From assembly GCA_049852185.1 (NCBI GenBank), contig CP187540.1: a stretch of 64,000 nt of DNA, one strand, 5' to 3'. The stretch is from Methanocaldococcus sp. 28A. Lineage in GTDB: Archaea > AGJL01 > Methanococci > Methanococcales > Methanocaldococcaceae. The first letter of the stretch is position 1. Each line of letters starts with the position of its first letter. Both the position numbers and the translations under genes were made by a program. Shown piece by piece: positions 10,596 through 21,586 of this stretch. A model generated the notes under the pieces. It ran no database searches. It saw only the letters and a program-made list of their open reading frames with translations, and was not told the origin of the DNA.

Positions 10596-11932
10596 GAAAA
10601 ACTAAAATTTTAGTTACTTTAGGACCTTCATTAGAAAATAAATTAGATAAAGCAGTAAATTTAATAGATGGAGTTAGGTTTAATATGTCTCATGCTACAA
10701 CAGATTATTGTGAAAAGTTTTTGAATATATTGGAAAAAAATAACATTGCCAAAGTTATGGATTTGAAAGGGATAAAAATTAGAGTAAAAAAAGTTAGATT
10801 AAAAGATAATATATTAAAAGAAGGGGAGAAAGTAGTTATTGGTAAAAATGGAGATATAGAGCTTAATTACAACATAGACACAATTGAAGAGGGTCATTAT
10901 ATTTTAATTAACGATGGAAAAATTAAGCTAAAAGTTTTAGAAAAAAATGATGATAAAATTATCGCTATTGTAGAAGTTGGTGGTGAAATTAGAGAAGGAA
11001 TGGGAGTAAATCTTCCAGATACAAAAATTGAATTGCCAATAATTGATGAAATTGATTTAAAAAATATAAAATTTGCTATAGAAAAGGACTTTGAATATAT
11101 TGCCTTATCATTTGTTAGAAATAAAGAAGATATTAAGGAATTAAAAGATATTATAGCAGAATATAAAGGAGATTGTGAGGTAATATCAAAAATAGAGACA
11201 AAAGAGGGGCTAAAGAATATAAAAGAGATAGCAAGAGAAAGTGATGGAGTGATGGTAGCAAGGGGAGATTTGGGTGTAGAGATTCCTATAGAAAATATTC
11301 CAATTGAACAAAAGAACATATTGAGAATAGCTAATAAATATGGGATTCTGTCAATAACTGCCACACAAATTTTGGATTCTATGGTATATAACCCATTTCC
11401 AACGAGAGCTGAAGTTACAGACATAGCTAACGCCATATACGATGGAACTGACTGTTTAATGCTGTCCAACGAAACAACTATTGGAAAATATCCAATAGAG
11501 GCAATAGAAGTATTAAATAAAGTTGCTGAAATGGCTGATAAACATTATGAGGAGTTTGGAGATATTGTTTGTTTAGAGGTTGAGAGTATTGATGAGGGTT
11601 TAGTATATGCTGTTTATGAACTCTATAAAAAGCTAAATAGTAAGTTAGTTATCACTCCCACATATTCTGGAAGGTCTGCAAAATTAATATCTAAATTAAG
11701 GATAAATAGTAAAATAATAGCACCTACACCAAATTTAAAAACTTTAAAAAAGTTGAGGTTAGTTTGGGGTGTTGAAAGCTGTTTGATGAAAGAATTTGAC
11801 AATGTAGAGAGTATAATTAACACCTGTAGGGAAATTGCTAAAAAAGAAATTAATAAGGGGATTTATTTAATAACATTAGGACATCCAATAGGCAAAAAGA
11901 AAACAAATACTATAAAAGTTGAGAGTATCTAA
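10592..11932 (+). CDS. pyk: Pyruvate kinase
   Basis: TKILVTLGP, RFNMSH, SKIET, MVARGDLGVE, PTRAEVTD. Confidence 0.97.
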   Translation: MRKTKILVTLGPSLENKLDKAVNLIDGVRFNMSHATTDYCEKFLNILEKNNIAKVMDLKGIKIRVKKVRLKDNILKEGEKVVIGKNGDIELNYNIDTIEEGHYILINDGKIKLKVLEKNDDKIIAIVEVGGEIREGMGVNLPDTKIELPIIDEIDLKNIKFAIEKDFEYIALSFVRNKEDIKELKDIIAEYKGDCEVISKIETKEGLKNIKEIARESDGVMVARGDLGVEIPIENIPIEQKNILRIANKYGILSITATQILDSMVYNPFPTRAEVTDIANAIYDGTDCLMLSNETTIGKYPIEAIEVLNKVAEMADKHYEEFGDIVCLEVESIDEGLVYAVYELYKKLNSKLVITPTYSGRSAKLISKLRINSKIIAPTPNLKTLKKLRLVWGVESCLMKEFDNVESIINTCREIAKKEINKGIYLITLGHPIGKKKTNTIKVESI

Positions 11933-12027
11933 ATATGACTTTCACAGGAATAAAATTTTTTAAAGAATTTTTGATACCAAAATCATTATATTTTCATTGA
12001 CTAAATAGTATAACTGCGAAAGTTATA

Positions 12028-12786
12028 TTATAAAATGTCTAAAATTATATATAACATTTCTTTACTGTTTGCTACAATAATATTTAATCTATCTATTGCA
12101 TTTAGCTCAAATTTCAGCTCATTTCCATTCTCATCAGTTACTAAAGCTCCAGCTTCTTTGCATATTATATATGATGAAGCAATATCCACAGCTCTAACTT
12201 TAGGGCGGATATCAAAAACAGCATCTAAAGTGCCTTTAGCTACATAGCACATTTCTAAGCCAAAGGCTCCAAATATTCTAACTCTTTTAATTTTTTCTCT
12301 TAATTTTTCTAAATTTACTTTTTTATTTGGATAATAACTTATAGTTATGTCATTAGGATTAAATTCTTTAACCTTAATTTTTTCTCCATTTAAATATGCT
12401 CCTTTTTTATAATAAGCTTCATAAAAGTTTTTAGTTAAAAATTCATAAGTTAAGCCATAATATGGTTTGTTATTTTTAAATACTCCAAAGCAGAATGCAA
12501 AAAATGGAATTCCGTTTATAAAATTAAATGAGCCATCTATTGGGTCTATAACTACAGTCCATTCACTTTCATTATCTATAACTCCAATTTCTTCACTTAC
12601 AATATTTACATTTAAAGGTTGTAGATAATTTAAAGCAATATTTTCACTTAGTTTATCAAAAATTTCAGTTTTGTCTCCACTTGGCGACCTTCCAACAACA
12701 TAGGATTTATCTTTTCTACCAAAATAACTCAATATATTTTTTTCAATTTCTTTTACTATATTTCTCCCAATTTCATCCCATTTCAT
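12028..12786 (-). CDS. suhB: Bifunctional inositol monophosphatase / fructose-1,6-bisphosphatase
   Basis: SEE, VIDPIDGSFNF, VDIA motifs. Confidence 0.92.
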   Translation of the reverse strand: MKWDEIGRNIVKEIEKNILSYFGRKDKSYVVGRSPSGDKTEIFDKLSENIALNYLQPLNVNIVSEEIGVIDNESEWTVVIDPIDGSFNFINGIPFFAFCFGVFKNNKPYYGLTYEFLTKNFYEAYYKKGAYLNGEKIKVKEFNPNDITISYYPNKKVNLEKLREKIKRVRIFGAFGLEMCYVAKGTLDAVFDIRPKVRAVDIASSYIICKEAGALVTDENGNELKFELNAIDRLNIIVANSKEMLYIILDIL

Positions 12787-12907
12787 TTTTTCATCTCATC
12801 TTTTATTTTTAAGATAGTTTAGTTTATTTTGCACACAAATCTATAATGGTCATTGATTGCTCAGTTATTGGTATCGCAAGCATAGAACATATTTTTATAT
12901 CAATCTA

Positions 12908-13177
12908 CTAAGATTTCTTCAATTCATCCTTTATTTTTAAGTAAGTTATTGGTATCCAAAACATTAAAGACAAAATGTTAAATACTATTATAGGGTAATC
13001 TCTCTTTAATATTCCATACACCAACCAGAGAGTTAATCCCGTAGTGAATGTTATAACAAAAGCTAATGAGATATTACTCATATCTCTCTCCTTCAACGAC
13101 TTTATTAATTGAGGGAGAGATGCAAAGGTTGTTAAAGTTCCTGCAATATATCCAATAATAGTTACATCAAAATCCAT
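12908..13177 (-). CDS. SemiSWEET (PQ-loop) transporter
   Basis: LPQLIKS PQ motif, three TM helices, WLVYG. Confidence 0.88.
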   Translation of the reverse strand: MDFDVTIIGYIAGTLTTFASLPQLIKSLKERDMSNISLAFVITFTTGLTLWLVYGILKRDYPIIVFNILSLMFWIPITYLKIKDELKKS

Positions 13178-13258
13178 ATTTAATCACCAATTGTAAATTT
13201 TATAAGAAATTTTTAGAATTTTTTGACACATATTTATAATAGATATTAGGTGAGATAA

Positions 13259-14449
13259 ATGGATATTCCAAAGCTGTTAAAAGATAAAAAGATACTAATT
13301 TTGATTATATCTCTCATCATATCAATATCTTTATTAATATTTAAAGGACTTGAGTTTGGAATTGATTTAAGCGGAGGAACAGTTATTGTTTTAAAGGCAG
13401 AGAGACCAATGACTGATAAAGAGATACAATTAACAGTAGATATTATTGAGAAAAGATTAAATGCAAATGGTTTGAGTGATATAACTGTTTATCCAAGAGG
13501 TAATGATGAAATTGTTGTTATTATTCCAAAGAGTTCAGACACGGATAGAATAATTAAAATTTTAAAACATCAAGGGGTTTTTGTAGCAAAGATTGATAAT
13601 ATAACTGTCTACACAGGAAAAGATGTTAAGCTTGTTGAACCTCCAACAAAGATTCCAGAGGGTAATAGATGGGTTTATGGAGTTCCTTTTGAGTTAACAT
13701 TAGAAGGAGCCAAAAAATTTGCAGAAGTTGCTAAAGGTAAGGCATATCACAAAGTTGAGCTATATATGGACGGTAAGCTTATATCAGCCCCAGTCTTATC
13801 TCCAGATTTAGCAGATGGAAGGCCACATCCACAGCAAGTTATTACTGTTGGTAGCTACCCTCCCACTAAAGATGAGATTGATGAGGCAATGGCTATATAT
13901 TCAGCTTTAAAATCTGGGGCATTACCTGTAAAATTAGATGTTGAATATACCTATGTAGTTTCACCAGAGTTTGGTAAAGAGTTTTTAAAAGGAACAGCTA
14001 TTGCCTTACTATTAGCATTTATAGCTGTAGGAATAATTGTTAGTATAAGATACAAACAACCAAAAATAGCTATCCCAATTCTAATGACATGTTTATCAGA
14101 AATTATTATAATATTAGGATTTGCTTCTTTAATAAATTGGAAATTAGATTTACCTTCAATAGCTGGTATCATAGCGGCTGTGGGAACAGGGGTTGATAAC
14201 CAAATTGTTATAACAGATGAGGCTTTGAAAAGAGGAGCTGGAAAAATAAGAGCAAGCATTAAAAGAGCCTTCTTTATAATATTTGCTTCAGCCTCTACAT
14301 CTATAGCAGCTATGTTACCTTTATTTGTATTTGGGGTAGGAATGTTAAAAGGGTTTGCAATAACTACAATAGCAGGAGTTTTGATAGGTATATTTATAAC
14401 AAGACCTGCATTTGCAAGAATTATAGAAGAAATGTTTAAGAAATACTAA
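13259..14449 (+). CDS. secD: Protein-export membrane protein SecD
   Basis: GIDLSGG, LKSGALP, GTGVDNQIVI, GFAITT. Confidence 0.94.
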   Translation: MDIPKLLKDKKILILIISLIISISLLIFKGLEFGIDLSGGTVIVLKAERPMTDKEIQLTVDIIEKRLNANGLSDITVYPRGNDEIVVIIPKSSDTDRIIKILKHQGVFVAKIDNITVYTGKDVKLVEPPTKIPEGNRWVYGVPFELTLEGAKKFAEVAKGKAYHKVELYMDGKLISAPVLSPDLADGRPHPQQVITVGSYPPTKDEIDEAMAIYSALKSGALPVKLDVEYTYVVSPEFGKEFLKGTAIALLLAFIAVGIIVSIRYKQPKIAIPILMTCLSEIIIILGFASLINWKLDLPSIAGIIAAVGTGVDNQIVITDEALKRGAGKIRASIKRAFFIIFASASTSIAAMLPLFVFGVGMLKGFAITTIAGVLIGIFITRPAFARIIEEMFKKY

Positions 14450-14537
14450 TGTCACCTTTTTTTATTTTTAATTTAAAAGAGAATTGAAAAATCTTTTTTA
14501 TAAACAAATTTATAATCAAATTTAGATTATGATGAAA

Positions 14538-15594
14538 GTTTCCATACCGAATCGGTCTTATTTTAATGCAACAGATTGGAACAGGGGCATTATTAACAAC
14601 ACTGTTTTCATACCGAATCGGTCTTATTTTAATGCAAGTCAGAAATGAATACTGCAGGAGATGTGGAAAATGTATAATAGTTTCCATACCGAACCGGTCT
14701 TATTTTAATTTATGTTCAAATTTGGTTGATAGATTATAGTAGAAAGAGTTTCCATACCGAACCGGTCTTATTTTAATTTTTTATGTTGTAAAAACCATAA
14801 AAATAAAAATAAAGTTTCCATACCGAACCGGTCTTATTTTAATTTTTTATGTTGTAAAAACCATAAAAATAAAAATAAAGTTTCCATACCGAACCGGTCT
14901 TATTTTAATCTTACGAACATAAGCAATTAATATTAAATATTACAAGTTTCCATACCGAACCGGTCTTATTTTAATGTAGGAAAGAATATTATAGAATATG
15001 AAAGCTCATGGTTATGGTTTTCATACCGAACCGGTCTTATTTTAATTTTTGAGAATTGAATAGCTCTGGTAGATATGTAATAAGGTTTTCATACCGAACC
15101 GGTCTTATTTTAATAAAAGCGTTATAATATAAAAGTTTTTAAGATAAAAAAAGTTTTCATACCGAACCGGTCTTATTTTAATCAAAAGATACCGAAAACA
15201 ATAAAGAATATAAATATAGTTTCAGGTTTTCATACCGAACCGGTCTTATTTTAATATAGATAATGATGAGGGGGTTAGGGAATTATTATTGTTTTCATAC
15301 CGAACCGGTCTTATTTTAATCAAATTTATTAACTTTATTACTTCAACAGATTTCCGGTTTTCATACCGAACCGGTCTTATTTTAATAATATTAACGGGTT
15401 GATTGCCTTATATGTGGCATACGAAATAAGTTTTCATACCGAACCGGTCTTATTTTAATGAGGTGATAGGGCATGAAGACTGTAAACTATATATACGAGT
15501 TTTCATACCGAACCGGTCTTATTTTAATGATAAAATGAGTGATGAGGTTAAACAGATTAAAGAAGTTTTCATACCGAACCGGTCTTATTTTAAT
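14538..15594 (-). CRISPR. CRISPR array 1: 16 repeats (30 bp) and 15 spacers (35-46 bp)
   Basis: Repeat GTTT(C/T)CATACCGAA(C/T)CGGTCTTATTTTAAT. The leader is on the right, so the transcribed repeat is ATTAAAATAAGACCG(G/A)TTCGGTATG(A/G)AAAC. No cas genes in the window. Confidence 0.98.
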
Positions 15595-15957
15595 AGGAGG
15601 CATTTTTTGAATTAAACGAAATTAAGCATTTTTAAATCTTTATTTTATAGGGGTTATATTACAACCCCCCAATTACCTGATTTCTTTATATACCCTAACT
15701 AATATAAATACTTTACGGTATTGTATTAATTAGAACAATAAAACCCCTAAATCTAAAAAATCAAATTATCTATCGGGGAAATCTAAACATAAAAATAATT
15801 ATCTAAAATCTCCTAAAAATCTTACTAATTTAATACATCTAAATAAGTAAAATATTAAAAATAAACTACCCTTAGAAATTAGCTAAAAATCCTCAAAATA
15901 AAAAAATATTCCTTTAAAAATTTCTAAATTAAAAATAAAAAACTTTTAGCGTGATAA
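15595..15957 (-). promoter_or_regulatory. CRISPR leader / long repeat, copy 1
   Basis: 363 bp AT-rich segment nearly identical to 36142-36504; TATA-like TTTATA on the minus strand. Confidence 0.9.
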
Positions 15958-15972
15958 ATATCACTTAAATAT

Positions 15973-17262
15973 TTAATAGAATCTTAAATACTTAAACCCA
16001 TCTCCATTATCAAAGCTGTAATGTATCTCGGAATATTCTTTAGCAAATTCTATAACATCTTCTTTAACTTTTTCTGGTTTTTCTTTATCAATGGCTATTC
16101 TTTTCATAAACTCAGCTATTTCTTCCATTTCTTTTTCTTTCATTCCTAATCTTGTACATTCTTGCGTTCCTAATCTAATACCACTTGGATTATCTGAATT
16201 GTTGACATCATCCCATGGCAATAAGTTTTTATTTAAAATTATGTTTGCCTCTTCATACAGTTTAGCTAAATCACTTGCTGAAAATTCAATGTCTGGAGAG
16301 CTTTCTATATCAATAATTACTTGGTGGCTTTCTGTAAAGTCCTTATGCTCACATAAAACATTAAATCCTCTTTCATACAACGCCTGAGCTAATGCTTTTG
16401 CATTTTTAATTACTTGTTTAGCATAATCCTCTCCAAACTCTAACATTTCAGCTAAGGCAATAGCTAAACCTGCCTTATGATGCAAGTGATGATTACTAAC
16501 AACCCCAGGGAATACGTGAGTGTCTATCTTATTAGCATTCTCTTTTGTAGTTAAGATAACTCCTCCCTGAGGTCCAAAGAATGTTTTGTGAGTACTACCC
16601 ATTAAATACTCAGCTCCTTCTCTTAATGGGTCTTGGAATTGTTTTCCAGCAATTAAACCAAGGACGTGAGCTCCATCATAAGCAATTTTAGCTCCAACTT
16701 CTTGAGCAGCTTCATAAGCATCAGCTACTGGATGAGGAAATGGGAATAAAGAACCTCCAAATAATATTAGCTTTGGTTTCTCTTCTAAGATTTTCCTAAC
16801 CATTGCATCAGCATCAATGTTCATCTCTTCTGGGTCAAATGGATGGTTTATAACTTTTAATCCTCTAATTCCGGCAGCACTAACTTTCCAGTGGCTTATA
16901 TGCCCTCCATCTGGAACACTTAAAGCCATTAACTTATTTCCTGGCTTTGTTTCAGCAAAGAAAACAGCTAAATTAGCAACAACTCCACTTGTTGGCTGAA
17001 CATTAGCATGTTCAGCTTTAAACAACTCTTTAGCTAATTCTATGCAGAGTGTTTCAACTTCATCTATATATTTACATCCTTGATATAATCTCTTTCCTGG
17101 CAATCCTTCAGCGTATCTATGCATAAAGTCAGTTGCACATGCCTCTCTAACAGCTAAACTTGTTATATTTTCACTTGCAATTAATTTTATACACTCTCTC
17201 ATCCACTCGTGCTGTTTCATAGAAATTTCTCTAATAAATTTTGGAACATCTGAATATTTCAT
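15973..17262 (-). CDS. glyA: Serine hydroxymethyltransferase (H4MPT-dependent)
   Basis: [33 protein letters not shown]. Confidence 0.96.
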   Translation of the reverse strand: MKYSDVPKFIREISMKQHEWMRECIKLIASENITSLAVREACATDFMHRYAEGLPGKRLYQGCKYIDEVETLCIELAKELFKAEHANVQPTSGVVANLAVFFAETKPGNKLMALSVPDGGHISHWKVSAAGIRGLKVINHPFDPEEMNIDADAMVRKILEEKPKLILFGGSLFPFPHPVADAYEAAQEVGAKIAYDGAHVLGLIAGKQFQDPLREGAEYLMGSTHKTFFGPQGGVILTTKENANKIDTHVFPGVVSNHHLHHKAGLAIALAEMLEFGEDYAKQVIKNAKALAQALYERGFNVLCEHKDFTESHQVIIDIESSPDIEFSASDLAKLYEEANIILNKNLLPWDDVNNSDNPSGIRLGTQECTRLGMKEKEMEEIAEFMKRIAIDKEKPEKVKEDVIEFAKEYSEIHYSFDNGDGFKYLRFY

Positions 17263-17371
17263 TATTATCCCTCCTGGTTATTTTTTAATGTTGATGAGTT
17301 ATACTTTTATAGTATTTAAATATAATAAAGAACTTATTAGGATTTTATATCATACCTTTTAAAGTGAAATT

Positions 17372-17483
17372 TATAGTTGTGTGCAAAATAAAATAAACTT
17401 TAAAAAGGAAAGTTTGAATGCCTTCCTTATGGAGTATTCATTATTACCTTATTTTAATTAAGATAGTTTTGCACACAACTATA
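17372..17483. mobile_element. MITE family A copy
   Basis: Perfect 17-bp inverted ends TATAGTTGTGTGCAAAA. Confidence 0.88.
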
Positions 17484-17538
17484 TTTGATGGTTGACTATA
17501 AAAATATCTTCAAGGTATAAAAGTTTTTGGTGCTCTCT

Positions 17539-18585
17539 ATGATTAAAGTGTGTGTCATAGAAGGAGATGGGATAGGAAAAGAAGTAATTCCAATAGCTGT
17601 GAAAATATTAAATGAGCTTGGAGATTTTGAAATAATTAAAGGAGAGGCAGGATTAGAATGTTTAAAAAAATATAACACAGCTTTACCAGAAGAAACTGTA
17701 GAGAAAGCTAAAGAAGCGGATGTTATTTTATTTGGTGCTATAACATCTCCAAAACCAGGTGAAGTTAAAAATTATAAAAGTCCAATAATAACATTAAGAA
17801 AGTTATTTGATTTATATGCCAATGTAAGGCCAATTAACAACTTTGGGATTGGGCAGTTAATTGGGAGGATTGCGGATTATGAATTCTTAAATGTTAGAAA
17901 TATTGATATAGTTATTATTAGAGAAAATACAGAAGATTTATATGTTGGAAGAGAAAAGTTGGAAAATGGGATAGCAGTAGCCGAAAGGGTTATAACAAAA
18001 AAGGGTTGTGAAAGAATAATAAAATTTGCATTTGAATATGCAATAAAAAATAATAGGAAGAAAGTATCTTGCATACATAAAGCAAATGTTTTAAGAATCA
18101 CTGATGGGTTATTCTTAGAAGTTTTTAATGAAATAAAAAAATATTATGAAATAGAGGCAGATGATTATTTAGTAGATTCAACAGCCATGAATTTAATAAA
18201 AAATCCTGAAAAGTTTGATGTTATTGTTACAACAAATATGTTTGGAGATATTTTATCAGATGAAGCTTCTGCATTGATTGGAGGTTTAGGATTAGCACCA
18301 TCAGCAAATATTGGAGAAGATAAAGCATTATTTGAGCCAGTGCATGGTTCAGCTCCAGATATAGCTGGAAAAGGCATAGCAAATCCAATGGCATCTATCC
18401 TGAGTGTAGCTATGCTATTTGATTATATTGGAGAGAAAGAAAAAGGAGATTTAGTTAGAGAAGCAGTTAAATACTGCCTAATAAATAAAAAAGTTACACC
18501 TGATTTAGGAGGAAATTTAAAGACAAAAGATGTAGGAGATGAAATTCTAAATTACATTAGAAATAAATTAAAGGGATATGAATGA
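17539..18585 (+). CDS. aksF: Homoisocitrate dehydrogenase (isocitrate/isopropylmalate dehydrogenase family; coenzyme B pathway)
   Basis: GDGIGKEV, RENTEDLY, NMFGDILSD, EPVHGSAPDIAG; gene context next to glyA. Confidence 0.8.
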   Translation: MIKVCVIEGDGIGKEVIPIAVKILNELGDFEIIKGEAGLECLKKYNTALPEETVEKAKEADVILFGAITSPKPGEVKNYKSPIITLRKLFDLYANVRPINNFGIGQLIGRIADYEFLNVRNIDIVIIRENTEDLYVGREKLENGIAVAERVITKKGCERIIKFAFEYAIKNNRKKVSCIHKANVLRITDGLFLEVFNEIKKYYEIEADDYLVDSTAMNLIKNPEKFDVIVTTNMFGDILSDEASALIGGLGLAPSANIGEDKALFEPVHGSAPDIAGKGIANPMASILSVAMLFDYIGEKEKGDLVREAVKYCLINKKVTPDLGGNLKTKDVGDEILNYIRNKLKGYE

Positions 18586-19586
18586 AAATAAAAATTACTA
18601 AATCTTCCATTCTTTTTATTCTTAGCATTGCTTTTATATTAATTTTAATGGCATACATTGGCATATATAAAATATTTCAAATATTAATTAGTGCAAATCC
18701 AATCTATATAATATTGGCAATTATTCTGCAAATAGTTATTTCAATATTATTGGCTTTAAGATGGAGATATATAACAAATATTTTAGGATACAAAGCATCT
18801 ATGAAAAACCTATTTTTACTTGTTTTAATGGGGATGTTTATTAATAATATCACCCCATCCATGAGAGGAGGAGGAGAGGCGTTTAGAGCTTACTATTTAT
18901 CAAAACTTGAAAAGATTCCAAAAGGTTTAGCATTTTCTACAGTGGTGGTTGAGAGAGTTTTAGACACCTCTATATTTTTATTTTTCACATTATTTGTGAT
19001 TGGATACTTTGTAGTTACAGGATTTAAGTATCTTGAATATCTCATTCTTTCATGGATTTTTTTGTTTTCTCTAACTGCAGTAGTTATTTATTTAATAGCA
19101 AATAAAAAACTTCTAATTAAGACAGTTACAAAAATATCAAAGTTTATTTGCAAATACAGTTCATACAATTATGAGGAAGATAAAATACTAAAATCTATTG
19201 ATGATTTCTACAATAGCATGAGATTTTTTAAAAATAAAAGAGGTAGAGATGTTTATATTGCTATAACTTTATCTGTAGGGTGGTATGTCCTTGATATCCT
19301 AAAGTTGTGGTTGTTATTCATATCCTTATCTTATATCGTCTCTATTGTGAGTGTAGCCGCGGTATATTTGATAACGCTTTTGTTTGGGATTTTATCCATA
19401 ACTCCAAGTGGTTTTGGTACTGCTGATACGGTAATGATTCTTTCTTTTTCTGCATTTAAAATACCTCTCTCAGTATCTGCAGCAGTTACATTATTAGATA
19501 GATTTGTATCCTATGTATTCCCAACACTTCTTGGTTATATTGCTATGTTGATTATAAAAAAAGAGCTTGATAAGAAAAGAGTATAA
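18582..19586 (+). CDS. UPF0104 / flippase-like membrane protein
   Basis: RW...NNITPSMRGGGEAFR, ERVLD, TPSGFG motifs; multi-TM. Confidence 0.85.
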   Translation: MKIKITKSSILFILSIAFILILMAYIGIYKIFQILISANPIYIILAIILQIVISILLALRWRYITNILGYKASMKNLFLLVLMGMFINNITPSMRGGGEAFRAYYLSKLEKIPKGLAFSTVVVERVLDTSIFLFFTLFVIGYFVVTGFKYLEYLILSWIFLFSLTAVVIYLIANKKLLIKTVTKISKFICKYSSYNYEEDKILKSIDDFYNSMRFFKNKRGRDVYIAITLSVGWYVLDILKLWLLFISLSYIVSIVSVAAVYLITLLFGILSITPSGFGTADTVMILSFSAFKIPLSVSAAVTLLDRFVSYVFPTLLGYIAMLIIKKELDKKRV

Positions 19587-19637
19587 TGACTATTTAATTT
19601 TTATTTCAACCTGTAATCCTTTAAAAAGTTATTCTTG

Positions 19638-20273
19638 CTATTTAATATACTTTAAAATCTCTCTTAAGTCCCTCTTCTCTATACAAATATCTGCCTTCTC
19701 TTTTAAAATTGGCTTAGCACAAAAAGCAATTTTTAAGCCAGCTTTTTTAAACATACTTATGTCATTAGCTCCATCTCCTACAGCAACAGTATCTTCTAAT
19801 TTTATTCCTTCAATTTTAGCAATTTTTTCTAAAATTTCTCCTTTAGCATCTTCTTTTAAAACTTCTCCTTCAACTTCTCCGGTTAGTTTTCCATCTTTAA
19901 CAATTAACCTATTTGCAAAAGCATAATCTAACCCCAATTTTTCTTTAATTTTATTAACCGCAATATCAAAACCTCCACTAACAACAGCAACAACATAACC
20001 TCTATTTTTTAGCTCTTTTATAGTTTCTTCAGCTCCTTCAGTTGGTGTTATTCTTTCAATAGCTCTTTCAACCTTTTCAATTGGAAGGTCTTTTAATAAA
20101 CTAACTCTTTTTTTTAATGATTGTTCAAAATTTAATTTCCCTTCCATCGCTTCTTTTGTTATCCTCTTAACCTCTTCCTCAACTCCAGCCTCTCTTGCAA
20201 TCTCATCAATTGTCTCATTATTAACCAATGTGCTATCAAAATCAAATAAAATAAGCTTTTTTTTCTTCTCCAT
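19638..20273 (-). CDS. serB: Phosphoserine phosphatase
   Basis: FDFDSTL, SGGF, GDGAND HAD motifs. Confidence 0.96.
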   Translation of the reverse strand: MEKKKKLILFDFDSTLVNNETIDEIAREAGVEEEVKRITKEAMEGKLNFEQSLKKRVSLLKDLPIEKVERAIERITPTEGAEETIKELKNRGYVVAVVSGGFDIAVNKIKEKLGLDYAFANRLIVKDGKLTGEVEGEVLKEDAKGEILEKIAKIEGIKLEDTVAVGDGANDISMFKKAGLKIAFCAKPILKEKADICIEKRDLREILKYIK

Positions 20274-20340
20274 TCAATCACCAACTTTAAAAATTTTAAA
20301 ATTAAGTAAATTTTAATAAAAAAGTTTAAAATAAAATTAA

Positions 20341-20592
20341 TTATTCAATTTTCTCAACTTTTATCTCATAATCATGGATTACAGGGTTTGCTAAGAGCTT
20401 TTTACACATCTCTTCAACTTCTTCTTTAACTTTTTCTTCATTTTCTCCTTCCATTATTATATCTATCATCTTGTATGTTTGAACTTCTTTGACATTACTA
20501 AACCCTAAAAAGTTTAATGCCCTCTGTATTGTCCTACCTTCTGGGTTTAAAACTCCTTTTTTTAGTTTTATTATAACTGTTGCTTTAAACAT
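20341..20592 (-). CDS. purS: FGAM synthase subunit PurS
   Basis: LKKGVLNPEG, LLANPVI. Confidence 0.95.
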   Translation of the reverse strand: MFKATVIIKLKKGVLNPEGRTIQRALNFLGFSNVKEVQTYKMIDIIMEGENEEKVKEEVEEMCKKLLANPVIHDYEIKVEKIE

Positions 20593-20613
20593 AATATTTC
20601 ACCATTTTAAATA

Positions 20614-21342
20614 TTATAATAAACCTAACCTCTCAGCGACAATTCTATATTTAGCGATAACATCTCCTAAATCTTTCCTAAATACATCCTTATCTAACAC
20701 ATCTCTTGTTTCTTTGTCCCACAATCTCATAGTATCTGGGCTTATTTCATCAGCAACTAATAAATTGCCATCTTTATCTCTACCAATTTCAATTTTGAAA
20801 TCAACTAATATTATGCCTTTCTTGTCAAATAATTCCTTTAAAACCTCATTAACTTTTAGAGCAATTTCTTTAATCTTGTCTAATTCCTCTCTTGTAGCTA
20901 AACCTAAAGCTACGGCAATGTCTTCATTTAACATTGGGTCTCCATACTCATCATTTTTGTAATCAAATTGAACAATTGGAAATGGTAGTTCTTTTCCTTC
21001 TTCAAAAGGATATCTTCTGCATAAGCTTCCTGCAGCTATATTTCTAACTATAACTTCTATTGGTATAATCTCAACTTTTTTGGCTACCATATATCTTGGT
21101 TCTATATACTTTATATAATGTGTTTTTATCCCATTATCTTCCAAAACTTCAAATAATTTTGATGAAATTAGGGCGTTTAAATACCCCTTATTCTCTTTAA
21201 CATCATGCTTAGCTCCATTTCCAGCAGTTATATCATCTCTAAACTCAATTAAAACTTTATCATCATCAATCTCATAGATAGACTTTGCTTTTCCACTGTA
21301 TAGTGGCTGCTTTTTTAATATTTCTTCCAATTTTATCTCCAT
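20614..21342 (-). CDS. purC: SAICAR synthase
   Basis: GKAK, IPIEVIVRN, LVDFKIE, ADEISPDTMRLWD. Confidence 0.97.
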   Translation of the reverse strand: MEIKLEEILKKQPLYSGKAKSIYEIDDDKVLIEFRDDITAGNGAKHDVKENKGYLNALISSKLFEVLEDNGIKTHYIKYIEPRYMVAKKVEIIPIEVIVRNIAAGSLCRRYPFEEGKELPFPIVQFDYKNDEYGDPMLNEDIAVALGLATREELDKIKEIALKVNEVLKELFDKKGIILVDFKIEIGRDKDGNLLVADEISPDTMRLWDKETRDVLDKDVFRKDLGDVIAKYRIVAERLGLL

Positions 21343-21450
21343 ACTTTCCCACCTAAGGAAGTTTATTGAGTTATAATCTTAAATTTAATTACTTTTATGG
21401 AAAAATAGTTTAACTTAATGTAATATAAATGTAATATAAAAATTTTAGCT

Positions 21451-21556
21451 TATAGTTGTGTGCAAAATAAAATAAACTTTAAAAAGGAAATTTTGAAAGC
21501 CTTCCTTAAAGAGGGCATTCATTAATACCTTATTTATTATAAACACTTTTGCACAA
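21451..21556. mobile_element. MITE family A copy
   Basis: TATAGTTGTGTGCAAAA left end, degenerate right end. Confidence 0.8.
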
Positions 21557-21586
21557 TAATAGGAACAAAAAAGATATTAAAGATTT

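Noticed and set aside
14436-14687. 83-aa ORF on the minus strand
   Set aside because: Translation through CRISPR repeats.
15529-15564. Leader-proximal spacer shares GATAAAATGAGTGA with the top6B start (~33520)
   Set aside because: Only 14 nt of AT-rich RBS/start context; the rest does not align, so it is not self-targeting.
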